Assembly (NCBI GenBank): GCA_973895155.1
Contig: OZ316892.1
Coordinates: 9,280,283-9,344,282 of the forward strand
Length of the DNA stretch: 64,000 nt
Direction: 5' to 3'
From: Marsupella aquatica
Taxonomy: Eukaryota; Plantae; Marchantiophyta
The notes under the pieces were generated by a model, which saw nothing but the letters and a program-made list of their open reading frames with translations, was not told the DNA's origin and did no database searches. The translations under genes were made by a program, and so were the position numbers. Below are positions 48,700 to 61,674 of this stretch, in pieces (position 1 is the stretch's first letter; every line of letters starts with the position of its first letter).

Positions 48700-50267
48700 C
48701 ATTTTGGGCTCGATTTTGGGGAGAGCAATCTCTTCCAGGAGAGACAAAAAACTCAACAACTCCACTTAAGATTATATGAACTAAAAAGTTGGCTATAAAA
48801 AAATTAAAATTTGAAAAACGAAGTCATATAAAAGGTTTGTTTTTCTTATTTTTCCACATAAAATCAAAAAATATTCTTAAACTCGTTGTAGTTTTTAATT
48901 ATTAAAAGATTTTTAAAATTTTCAGAAAGATCCTACAAAATTGGCTAGTTTGGCTATAGACTTGTATTAAAAAAACATGTAATTGATTTTGATCAATTTT
49001 TTCCATATCATACAAGTTCAAGTGTTTTTAAAGTTATATCTTTGGATTCATTGAGAACTTGAGAGGTACAAGATTTTAGTGGACTAAAATGAAACTTCAC
49101 ATGGTCAATTAAATCCAGAATTATTTGGATATAAAGTCATTATTATAAGGAATTATAAAATTGCCTTATAAAAAGCATACTCCTGAAGGGCTAAGTAGGG
49201 GAAAGGGTCACCAAGTGCACGACCGACATGGGAGTGTTTCCATTTTTGCGCTCTGCCCGCATGTGTCCTAGCTCTAGCTATGTTCCGGGATTTGTGTGTA
49301 CCCCTTGTAACAAGTGGGGTTTCCCAAATCTCTTGTGTTAATGTGAGGGTTTGTGAACTTACCTACAACCACCAAAACTGCCCATAATCTTTAGCGCGCC
49401 AAAGCATCAAGTTGGGGACTCCAAACAGTGTCAATGAATTCTAAATGGGTGATGATGCATGGAATGGATGCAAATTGGTTTGCAAATGCCATTTAGTGGT
49501 GGACCTAGCCACCCCGGCGCCCTCACCAAACCAAGTACTCTTGCCGAAGTACCCCTGGTGCTCAAATGCAAACAACTTGGTACCTTTATCATCGCCGGCA
49601 ACAACTCCCACATGAATCCCCACTTGCTCCTCAGCACAACGTACTGTCGCTCAACGGTCCCTTACTATTGCTTGCACAAGCAACCAACCCCATCAATAAG
49701 CTTGAGGGTCTTAGTATATGAAGGCATCCCATTATCTGCAATGTTTTTAGGCCTCAAACACCTTAAAGAAAGAATTTTGTTAATTTATTAACCTCTTTAA
49801 AGTTAGAATATTAGTGGAATATGCACAAAAAATTAATGTTCTTGTATGTATCAAAATTAGATTGAAAAGGCCCTATTGTTATTGTGAGAAAATATCTTAA
49901 GTCTACCCTTAGAACCAATAAAACAATCTAATCTTTTGTCGTACTTGATATGACATTTTTTTGAAAGTGAAACTCCAAGTTGGTAAGTAAGTTGCCATGA
50001 TCTTGGATCCCAAAACCATTGTCTTGCTTCAAGCTCAACAATCATTAGTGAGTACACAAGGAAGATCTGCAAGGTTAGGAGTTTGAAAGAGGGGAATATA
50101 GGGGGTAAGTAGGGAAATTAACCCCAACGTACCTCATGCTCCCCGCCCCCTTACTATTGGGGGTAATTTCCAGAAGATGAGTTGGGAATTCATTCCCCTC
50201 TTATCAAAGCGATTCATGGTAAGGTATTTGTCCCATATTTAGTAGGGAACCAAATCTCCTTGTAGTG
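48700..50267. mobile_element. Orphan CACTA terminus with adjoining AT-rich subterminal DNA; left boundary approximate
   Basis: ...CAAATCTCCTTGTAGTG ends at 50267 (CACTACAAGGAGATTTGG on minus). AGTAGGG recurs at ~49194, 50108 and 50241. No partner TIR found. Confidence 0.55.
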
Positions 50268-50646
50268 GACGGGCTGCTATGCTTGTAAATTACCTATGTC
50301 CCTAGGGTAATCATTCGGTGTGTCTTGCAAGTGCATAACCTAAACCCTAGACACACACAAAAGAACAAGAAAGAATACCAAAGAAACAGTGGACATGAGA
50401 AACAGTGGACATGATTCAAAGATGAAGTTTTCAATTCATAATGCTCCCGCAGGAGGCTCGAACAGGTACATATGTGGCAAGGAAAGACCCACTCAGGCTC
50501 TGCCCTCCTAGTCTCATCGTTGTCCCGCTGCACTAAAATCACAACGGGAGGAAATGAGAGTGGCACTGACAAGTAAACGAATAGTAAGAGTGTCACTGCC
50601 TAACTGACTCAAGCACCGAAGAGAACCTTAGCTAAAACTCATCTAG

Positions 50647-53600
50647 CTACTCTGATGCATTGAACCTCTGCTGCCGATTCTCTCCCAGTATGAACTCCAG
50701 ATTTTGTTCCATGTTATCTTTTTCCCGGTTGCACAGCCATACATGATGTCCCTGATCATCACTCATTTTTTGTTCTGCACAAAACATGCAACATGCGTAC
50801 AATTAGAGACCACATATATGGAATTCATACTAGTGAGTGCGTGCAGGAATTGTTAGGCAAAGCACACGAACTGAAATACCCCAATAATACCCCACTAATA
50901 CCCCATACACAGAGTGACTTTATTCACCTTGCAGTCCACGCAAGCACTTCTAATCTTACCTGCAGCTCCAAAATCTTCAACTCAATCGAATCTTCGGCGA
51001 TAAACCTGACGACTTTCACCGGCCTTGTTTGCCCTATACGATGTGACCGATCGATGGCCTGGTCCTCTACCGTGGGATTCCACCACCCGTCTACCATAAG
51101 AACATGTGTAGCCTCAGTGATGTTGAGTCCTGTGTTCGTTGCCATCAAGGACAAGAGGATAATGCTGATCTGCATGAAATGAGTAGAAACAGTTTAATTA
51201 GAATATAAAGAGTTTACCCTTTGAACAAATACAGACACCGATCTGCACGGATAATGACGGTTGTACCTCTGAGGTCGTCTTGAAATCATTCAAGGCTTGT
51301 TCTCTGACATTGGAATTCATTCCTCCATCAATCCTTGTGAACTTTAGACCAGCCTTCAGAATGTGTGGCTCAAGCATGTCGAGACACGAAGTCCATTGTG
51401 AGAAAACAAGAGCCTTCTGCCTGGGCACAAAGCTTTCGCTGCTGCCCTGTCATGTAGTGTCCAGCGGAATCGACTTCAGGTATTCCAAGACTGCATCAAA
51501 TTTTGGAGAAGGTGGGTGTCGGACATCATATTCTCTTCGCGCCTTCCCTTTTGACTCCGCACCACCATTCACTAGCCTCAAATCAGCTGGCCTGTATAGG
51601 ACCTGGGCTGTCACGTATTTTGAACATTTTGCCGATTTGCAGGTTCCAGCTTCCCGGTCTAAATTGCACAAATGCCATAGTATACATGGCCACAGCCAGA
51701 AATCTGAAATGGACTTCCAATCAAGCCCCCTGCACAATCCAACCGTTAAAGTGAGTGCGTGCAGAAATTGTTAGGCAAAGCACGTTAACTGAAATACCTC
51801 AATCATACCCCAATAATACCCCAATCATACCCCATACACAGAGTGACTGTACTCACCTTGCAGTCCACGCAAGCACTTCCAATCTTCAATTGCTGAAACT
51901 CTGACACGAGTCGGGCTCGTTGAGGCTCACTAAGGGGCGTTCTTTGCACTTTGTTCCCGATCTCCTCTTCGCGAATTTTACATAAGGAAGGAAGTTTTGG
52001 GTGCACTGCAAATTGTCGCAACCGGAGCAGAACGCTCAACACATTCGATAAGGCACCTCTTTCGGCGTCACGGAATTCCTACAACATTACAGGCACATTA
52101 ATTGCCACCGAACAGACACCTTCAAGGGATCAAATTGAACTCTCATACGTCTTCAACATTGGGGATTATTAAGAGCCTTACGTACCTTGTATAACTCCTT
52201 ACTCTTTTCCTCCTGATCAAAATAAGCGTTTCGTTCTTGCTGTGTTCTCCATTCAACAATTTGCACCTCGATCGTCTTAGGGGGAAGTGGGAGTATGCCT
52301 GCATGTAAGCACAGTGGCAGGGTAAATGCACAATTGATAAAGAAATCAGGCTTGGGATTAAACAAAGTGAACTCTACCACGATATATGCATGCACACTTA
52401 CTTTTGTCTCTCCTGAGCGCAATCGCAACCAAGTGTTTCGAGAGGATGCCATTCACTATCTTTGGCCTTGTCTTCAGCAGCTTCTTTAACTGCGAGAATT
52501 CCTTCCACTCTCCTAGAGGATAATACCTCAAAAAACTGAAGTAAGGAAACAGATCAGAAGCCTCGTTCTGTATGGATGTACCGCTTAGGCACCACCTCCT
52601 CTCTGCCTTGAGACAACGCGAGGCCTTGAAATTTTGACTAGTTTTATTTTTCATGACATGACACTCATCCAGGACTACTCTAAGCCAACTAATCTTAAAC
52701 AGTGGACCTGCAAGTCTAGGTTTTTTTACAGGTTTCTTCATACTCCCTTTTGGCATGCTGGACGTCTTTGGAGCAATGGGAGACTCCCCTGTCATGATTG
52801 AGTACGTAGTGACAACCACGTCATGGCTTGAAATAAAGTTGATGTCTTTATTCCTCTTGTTGTGGTAGAGGAGGACCTTCACTTTTGCTATCTTGGAGGT
52901 CCTTGCAGCTATTTCTTGGCCCCATTGAATCACCACGCTGGCTGGACAAACAACTAGAGTTGGCCCACACTTATGAGGGCGATTCGCGAGAAATAGCGCT
53001 ATGACATGCATGGTTTTCCCCATTCCCTAAAAAAATCCAAGCCAAGAAAATGGTCAGGGACCCACTCACTTGCAGACAAGGTGCGCGCGTACCCCTAACA
53101 TACTCCAAAAATACCCCCAAAGTATCCCGCTGAATGAAAATAATGAGTGTGACTTCGGCTTAATTTGGGGGCTTTTGTACCTGGTCATCCGCCAACATCC
53201 CACCAATTGGAGAGCTTTTTCCGTCGCGTTCCAACATCCATGCAAGACCAATCCGTTGGTGTGGATATAGAGCTGTAGTCATTGTACCATGTGGAGGGCA
53301 TGCCTCCTCTGTCAAGTGAGACCCTTGGATATCAATCTGCGGATCTCGCTCACAGCCAAGTTAGATATGCTTGAACATTGTTTCTGAAAAAACAGTAATC
53401 ACACAACAAAGGAAAAAAAATCGCTAACCTTTCCACTCTCTGTGGCACACTCTTCCCAGTGAATGTCTTGTTCTGAATGCTCATCATCCTCCACTTCATC
53501 TTCTTCTTCTTCCTCTACCTCTTCCTCTTCCTCCACTTCGATAGCCCTCCTCTTCGCTGGTGAGTGACTGCCACTCGGAATAGAGTCCTCTCGCCCTCTC

Positions 53601-53833
53601 TTTGAAGCACGAGGCAAATTTGGTTGTCGTGAAATGTGACTCGTCCTAGCCTCCCATCCCGGACTCTTAGTTGGAACATGAAATAGAACAGAAATCGGAG
53701 GTGACCCTGGTACTTCTGATGCAATTGCACCCGACGATTTGTCCTCCTCTGTAGCTGAGACCTCTACTTTTGATGTTGGTGCAGCATTTGGTATTACCCT
53801 CCCCGAGCATGACTTCCAAATTGTCTCTGTCAT
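50647..53833 (-). pseudogene. RAD5/RAD16-like SNF2 ATPase with a central RING finger; multi-exon and degenerate
   Basis: GGMLADDQ|GMGKT, PTLVVCPASVVIQW, RVVLDECH, RWCLSGTSIQN, LRLRQFAVHP, RING CVDC...[58 protein letters not shown]. In-frame TGA at 51450-51452 and an apparent lesion in the RING exon. Confidence 0.88.
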
Positions 53834-54582
53834 GATTGTACAAACAAAGCAGGCCTAAGTTGCGCCATTCTAACAATCGATCAATATACTTCATGCGGAA
53901 TTAAGAACCAAAGGAGTTGAGTGAAAGAGGGGTACATACGATCTGTGATATCCTCGTCGCTCTGCATCAACAATGCGACCGGCGCTGGACGATCATGTCG
54001 ACGAACCATACTTTCACCAATCCTCCAACGTCACCCCGCGCTCGTCGATACTTGCTTCCGTCGCTAACACCCCAAGTGTTATCCAATGGCAGACTTGTCA
54101 ACCACAAAGATTTATGAAACCTACACAATCAAAGACTGGAGCTCAGGAGCTCGCACCATTGCCCAAAGCTTATAAGGAATTCCTCATAGGGCGTTCATGT
54201 GCGCAGTGGCATGCATCATTTAGTCACTGCAGTTTCAGTAGTAGATCTCACAACAAAGATTCTGTCTCCGATCAGTGGCACCGCCCTTTCACTACCCCAA
54301 CGTACATTTTATCACGTTCCCAAGTAACCTGGTAATACCCATCCATTATGTCACGTCCGACCCAGAATCCAATGATATTTGTGACCCATGTCGTCCCCGA
54401 TCATACCCCGTGCGAAGCACCATAGCGTCACCATCACAGGCTCACATCTGACCTGCATCTCACACATCCTACGGTCTGCATCCTGGTCAGTATTCAGTTA
54501 TTGACAAAACGGCGCCTCTCAAGTGTTGTCATATCCCATAGTATCCTTCTTTTTGTCATACTTGGGACTTTCCATGGTATTA

Positions 54583-57500
54583 CTATACGGTATTCCACCG
54601 TACAGGGATACCATGGTGAAGTCCAATTGCACGAAAATCAAGCCTCAACGCAACTAATCTTTGAAAGGTGATGTGTTCATCAATTTGTGACGCTGCCTTG
54701 TAGATTGGGCAACTTGACCGAGAACCCTGTACAGACAACCAGCTCACACCAACCTTCCTGAGGTCCTTCTCAGTATCATTTGCATTGTGCGATTCTGCCA
54801 TGTCATCCCCTCCCTCCTCCTCCTCCCCGTCGGAAGCACCGTCCACTCCTACATCCCCCGCTTGCATTTCCGTTGCCGCATCACGCCTGGGAAGGAGGAC
54901 TTCCCTTACAACACACAGGTCAGGGACGGAAAGTGAGTCCGCTATTGCAATCATTATGTCCCCTACCTCTGGGAAAGGAGGGCAGTTTGCAATTGTGGTA
55001 GGGAGTTCCCGTACTAAAGTATCTCCAATCTCCAAGGCTACAACCTCCCTCCCGCCTCTTTGAATTGGGAAGAACTTGTGTAGAATTCTTGACATAGGCC
55101 TACAGTTGTTGCCATGTGTGTGATATACTTTTGGTTCCAAAAGAGTAAACAGGGAATACTCATCTCGTTCCCAAGACAGTAAATTTCGCCGAGGATCCTG
55201 TGTATACTGTTATTTATACCAATCCGCCTCAAAGAATATGTCCATGTGGCCATCGAATTCATGCATGAAAATCTTTTGGAGTACTGCTTTCCAGTTTTGA
55301 GGATGTGAAGCATCTGTACTCCCATCTACCAGTACAACAACGTGACCGCCAGGCCTGTACACTTCAGCTCTCCACACAGCTGATCGCAATGGAGTGCAAG
55401 ATTCACTAATTTCGTGGTCCTCACTGATGTTGAATACTCCAACATCTGTCCAATGCTACTTCAATGACATCCTGGCGGACAGCCCTAGTTCTTTGTCAGC
55501 TTCCTGTTTGAGCCTATGCCAACCCCTTTGCTCAACAACATGTGCTTGCAACCATATGACTCCACAGAGGATATCATACTATCCCACAATTCCATCGCTA
55601 GAATTTGACTTGAAACTATTGGCACCAAATTCCCGTGCCAGTGTGGGCATTCAGATGGTGGTACAGTGACTCTGCACCTGTGCTCCTTACGATGCTCCGC
55701 AGGGACACACAAGGATGCATGAACTTTCTCCAAAGCCCTCTGATGAGGGAAAAGTCCATCGTCATCTTCCCAAATGTACGACGATATTTTTGTGAAAAAG
55801 CGTCGTGCAAAATGAAGAGAATAAGTGACTTCCTGGTCCTTTTGATTTGTTCTGGTGCGTCCATAGTCTGATACCATCCTCTCAAAGCGGTAGCACCAAT
55901 AAACATAGTGTGGGCCATGTCGTTCTATCCCATCAAATATCTCTCCGCTCCCTAAAAATTGGGATCAAAACACATTGGGATTAGAACATCACCTCAGTGC
56001 AATGATGGATCGACCAACAATGAATACCCACTGTCATCATGGTCATGTAGCAAGTGTAAACAAAATGACTCACCAGCAACATGCTCTAGAATTGCTCCAT
56101 TTGGGCCCCAAGCCTCTTCTGAGCGAACTCTCCAAGAAGCCAGTAGAGACCTGCCTTTTTTCAATGTGGCTGTAGTCCAACCCTCTTGTCTACTTCTGAT
56201 ATAAAAGAGGCGTGCAATCTCTACCAAAAGAATCCCAAGCGTCCCAAGGTCAGAGTGGACACTAATGTCCATCTGTTGGAGGATATGAGGCAGACAATAC
56301 AATATGAATCGCGTGAACTCTTCAGCCTTGAAGTATCCCAATCTTTCAAAAGGTTGTTTAGTCCACCTTCCATCAAAACCTCTCGGTTTCCTAGCAATAA
56401 CCTCCTCCAGAGCATCTTCAAACTGTTTTTGATGTTGACGGGTAACACTCGAAACTAGAAGCTCGCAGTATTTCTTGAAAAGGCACAAGGCAAGGATATG
56501 CATTGTATCATACACCAGATCCTTGCTCAAACAAAATCCAATAAGCTCATGTAGTCGCCAAGCCCTGGTCATGTTTGAAATCCCGCACTCCCTGCTTATC
56601 TTCATCCTCTTTGCAGTTGTTCCTGCCCTGGTCATGTTCCTGGCCGCCTCCCTCACCTCTTCAATTTTCCGTGTAGGTGGTGCATATCTCATCTGCATCC
56701 TATTGTTGTCATACACAGCCCTTCCCAGGAAACCTCGGGGTTGTGATTGGTCAGTCTCCTTTCGAGGATGATCAAACTTGCACTTCATCCATCGAGTGCT
56801 CATTTTACAATTCCTACAAGCGGAATAACCTGTAACATTCCAGCCCCCAAATTTACATTGTGCGGGATGATCTCCAGTGAAAACTGCTAATAGTGCTCGT
56901 AGCACACACCTGGAGTCATTCGGTACATTATCCTCTTCAGCCAATAATTCCATAGGGTAATTGTAATCCACCTCTATCCCATCCACAAACAACTCCTCCA
57001 GTTCTCTTATGAATGGTTCTAAGAAAGCATCCAAGCATTTCAACCTTTTTTTTTCCTACGTCGTCGTCATCACATGGCGGGATAAAAAGAACAGGGATAG
57101 GTGGAATTTTGGTTTGAGACCCGACGCTTAAAACTTGGACCTCTACAGTCCAGGTGCTTTTGTGGGCAGTCTTGGCAAACTGAAATCCATCCCAGTGTGC
57201 CATGAGTGCAATATTTCGGGGATCACCCTGCATGCGGTGGGGTCACACTAGTTAGACAAAAGTTACTCTATCATAACCCATAAATACCCTAAAAATACCC
57301 ATACCATACCCTGGTCATACAAAAGTGCACAACAACAGTAACGCAAGAAGAAATCACTAACCTTTGCAAATTGTTTCGGGGCCGTGACTCAAGATCCGCA
57401 ATCTGAGCATTGGAAGTCGTATTGTTTGCTGACATTCTCCCAGTTGGCAGTATCCAACAACTCAGGACATTTATTTGGTGTTGTTGAATAGCAAGCATAA

Positions 57501-58661
57501 CAGTTTTGGCATAACACGGGAATCTCAAACTGTGTGCCAGTGTCCCAAAAGTAGGATAGCTCGGAAGCACGGTAGCCGTCCCACCATTCCTTGTACACAG
57601 GTCTGTGCATGGAATCCTTCTTAAACCACTTATCTTTGTCCCTCCACGTTGCCTGGAACTCATGACAAACAGATCGACTGCTACATAACTTCCGCAACAT
57701 GGGACCAATGGCAGGGGAAATATTCAAACCGGAGCATCTCCTTGCAAGCCGTGCCGCAACCATCCAATGGGCAACGTTCCAAACAACGCAAACAATCCCT
57801 GGCTAGATGCCACTTCGTCCCTGTGATTGAACAATTGCACTTCAATCCAGTTCGGACATTGTAGTCATCTTGGTGCGACGGCGGTAGGACTACGGGAGCA
57901 TGCCAATTTGGCTTCTGTCCAATACACATTCTCCACCGCTGCGTTTTTGGCATACCATATGCCTCAAACATGCCACACAAACCCTTGAATGATGACAATG
58001 CATCAATTCCATGGCGTCCTCCGTCCCACGTCACACCAGCGTGCCTCAGGAGTGCGCCCAATCCTACATTTGCCATGTCGGATGGAGGGTCGGGTGAAGG
58101 TGTCAAATTTGTAGATGGGGGAATCTGAATCTTCCCAAATAGCATTTTCAAAATGCTATCCTGCAATGCCTGAGGCATTTTAGCCTCATCAAGCATTGAT
58201 TGTAATCTCTGAGTCTGTCGATAAATTGCTTCGTCCACGGTCAGTATTCTTCGAGGCATTATGTGGACACCATACTGCATGGGAAGCGTCCGACCAATCC
58301 CATCAACATCCAGGTCTTGCAAATCGTTTCTTCCAACGTCATCATTCCCGTCTCCTCCTGTAAGTGCCCTGTACAACAAAGTTGGGGCCGTATATCTGTG
58401 TTCTTGTCGGGACATTTGAACATCTAAGAAGCTGGCAGAATGACCGTCTTGATGCGATAGGCCATGGCCATCCGGATGCCCACGGTCCACTAAAAACTTT
58501 GCAGGAATGACCCTGCCTGTCTTGTCATAGTTTGCATGTCGTCTTCGATTCCTTGGGCTCAAAAAATCATACCCATCCTGTAAGCGCGAACATTTGTACT
58601 GACAGGTGCATCGTTCCTTCGGTTCTGGTGTCATGGTGCACACTGCCGTTCCTATGTACAA
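54583..58661 (-). pseudogene. Divergent EnSpm/CACTA-type (CMC) transposase; frameshifted and spliced
   Basis: DPRNIALMAHWDGFQ, LDAFLEPFIRELEELF, AVFTGDHPAQCK, ACRNC, LVYDTMHILAL, FKAEEF. Fragments lie in several frames with GT-AG introns. Co-oriented with the SNF2 gene. Confidence 0.8.
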
Positions 58662-60637
58662 AATATTGCAACGAAGTCGATTCAGAATTCCTCAGGAGGT
58701 GGATGTGCGCGGTGGGATTGTCGGAAGGACGATTGGAGAAGTTCATTATTATGTTGAATACTGTGCATAATTAGGTGGGGCCCATGGCATTCATGACTCC
58801 GGGAAAGCATTCAAACATCCTTGTTGCATGTGAGCGAATGTGCTAGGTGGGAAACCTTATCGTTGACCCTGCAAGCCCGGGGCCACTGCCTCTAATCCCT
58901 CTAAGGCAGTCACTCACCATGTTGAATTCATGCTTATGCTATTCAAATTTGAAGTTCATGTGTATGGTTTTCTTTCTTGGGCAGCTTACTCCGGGAGTTT
59001 ATTGACATTTTTGGTTCAAAGTGCATGTTTTTTATTATTGTTGGGACATTGAAATTGTTGTTGGGCCCTGTCTAGGTCTTTATTTATTTTGTATCCGACC
59101 CATCCTTTCTTACAATATGGTCTATGTAAATAGAATTGTCATCCAAGCTTTTTAATGGCATTCCAGTTCACCAAATGCATACCAGCTGGTTATAGGGGCT
59201 GGCCACGACATCAGCCATCTCAAATGTCACAAGATTAGTGTCACACATACTAATTATTGTGTGACCCTGAAATACCCTGTTGCTCAATCTTACGTGCTCA
59301 TGTCAATTTGTTTTGGGGTTAAGGACCCCCAATGTACCATTTGAAAATAGGTCATTGGTTGATACCCCCTTCTTAAATGAAGATAGAGTAATGGCGCAAT
59401 ATATTGAAGTTTAAATAAGCAATGTAGACTATGGAATATTCCTCTAGGGATATAGTGTAGCCTAATATTCCCTTTGTTAATTCATTTTAGTACTAGTTTG
59501 TTTACCTTCATGAAGTCTATAAGCTACCAGAGTTTTAGACAAATTAACACAGGAAGAACAATAATTTTCTAGTACTAATTTACAAAAGGATCTAATGTGA
59601 TAGGATAAGTAATGTTTTTACATGCATAACAAGGCATTTTTAATGCATCAAACGATATACATGGGGGGGGTTTGTTCTCAGGGGGGTTCACTTAATGTAG
59701 CAAAAGAGGGAGGGCCGAGGGATTCTACTTTGATTTTGATTTTATAAATACATACATAATCCGCTTTTCAATTCGTCAAACTTTAATAAAGTTTGAAATG
59801 TAATTGAGCTTCATTTGTAAAATGTTAAGTTACACACATCAATTCAGAGTCTATCTGCTTGTCACCAAAAGTAATCTAACTTACTTGAATATAGAATGGC
59901 ATGTATTTACTCTTGATCACTTCTTATATAGTGTCACACTTGTTAATGATGGTCAACCTTCAAAATCCTTAATTAGATTACGGATTATTAATCCTTAAAT
60001 TACCCTTCCATTGACATATCATACTAGCTAGCCTTCATTACCTGTTCTTTGCACAAACATGAATAGAGGATAGTACGTATAAATCATGACAAATGGCATA
60101 CATGCTTATTATTTGACATACTGGTCATGAGTTTTCTCATCCACATGATGAGCCATGGAGTTCCAGTTTAATTAAGAGGTTTCACTCGATCTACCTTGTA
60201 GTTGGCGCTTTATAAGTTCTATTGTTAAGGGACTGAGACAATTGGTACCTACCTAGCTACCTCCCAAGTTCACCTTAGGATCACGGAACTTGTTATACAT
60301 GCATCTGCGAACATGCATGTTTGATTTAATCACTCTCTCAAAAAGGAATAGGAAGGTCACAAAACCCACCAATCATTTATTGACATGTGGCAACCAATGA
60401 ATTGTGTGATGAAAAGTGGGACTTTTTGAATTGTTACCCCCTTACTTCATCCCTACTTCTAAGCACTTCCTTACAAATTAATAATGACTGAAACGCCCCA
60501 TACTTTGGTGCACATGATGTGAACATTTAATTTGTGGAAGTGACCCGCACCCCCACCCACCCTGAGCTACCTCCATACTTCATCCTTAAATTAATTAACC
60601 TTCCACATATGCATGCATGCATATATGTGCGCAAGTC

Positions 60638-60663
60638 TTAGGGTTTAGGTTTAGGGTTAGGGT
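60638..60663 (+). repeat. Short telomere-like tract
   Basis: TTAGGGTTTAGGTTTAGGGTTAGGG. Confidence 0.6.
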
Positions 60664-61674
60664 AATGAATAAAAGGCCCCTTACTTTGATCATTTGCACA
60701 TGATGTGAACATTTAATTTGTGGAAGTGACCCGCAAGGAAATGATAATCATTTCCAATCTTATTTTAATGTTTCTCATATTTATGTAATAATATATACTA
60801 AGTGCGTGATGACCCCCCCCCCCCCCCTAAAGAAAAGAAAATAGAGTTTTAAAAAGCAAAATGACCCCTGCCTCACCCAATGCTTTTGTGTCCCTCCTCT
60901 TCAAAAACCCTTATAACTTCACCTTAAAAGCAGGAAAATGTGTTAAAAACTCTCCCCTTATAAGTCATCATGATGTGACATAAAGTGTGCCAATGGTCCA
61001 TATAAACTGGCAATATAAGGGCCTAGATCCAACATTTGAAACATGTGGCACATGGCATTGACAAAGTATTGTAGACATTATTATGGGCCCTGTTTTAGGC
61101 CCCTCATCACAAGTTCAGCCATATAGCAACCTCTATAAGATTCAATGTATGTAAGGAAAGCTCCCACAAGTTCAGCCAATGCCTTCAGAAAATGAAAACT
61201 CAGATTTATGTCAGGGGAAGGGTGAGAAATTTAGAACGCAAGGAGACAAAGTCTTTTTTTATTTGATTTATGTTGCCGCATATTTACTCCATTAAAACGT
61301 GCCCAAGTACACGAAGTGTCCGCCATGTCTCCCAAGAGAAAAACTCCGCGTCTCTCTAAAATGAACGTCTCCCAAAGCTCCGCTTCCGTAAAGTCAACAT
61401 CCCCGTAAAATCAACGTCTCCCAAAAGTCGGCCCTAAACTCCGGGTCTCCCTTCTGGATCCTCTACTTGCATTCACTTTGCGCCCCACGATAATGTACTT
61501 ATCTAGTGACAACTCTGCACAATTTGTCGAGTGTTCTGCAGTCCGGCTTGTCATTTGATTCGCAACCATTGCAGATCGGTATTCGTCCCTTCCTGAGTAG
61601 TGCTTGCGCCCGGCTGAGTGCCTGCCCTTCCCTACTATTGTTTGGATTTCTGCTGGGCGGCTCTTTTTAGAGAC

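Noticed and set aside
50251-50267. CACTA end as the boundary of the SNF2/transposase element
   Set aside because: Its orientation makes it the right end of an element extending leftwards, away from those genes.
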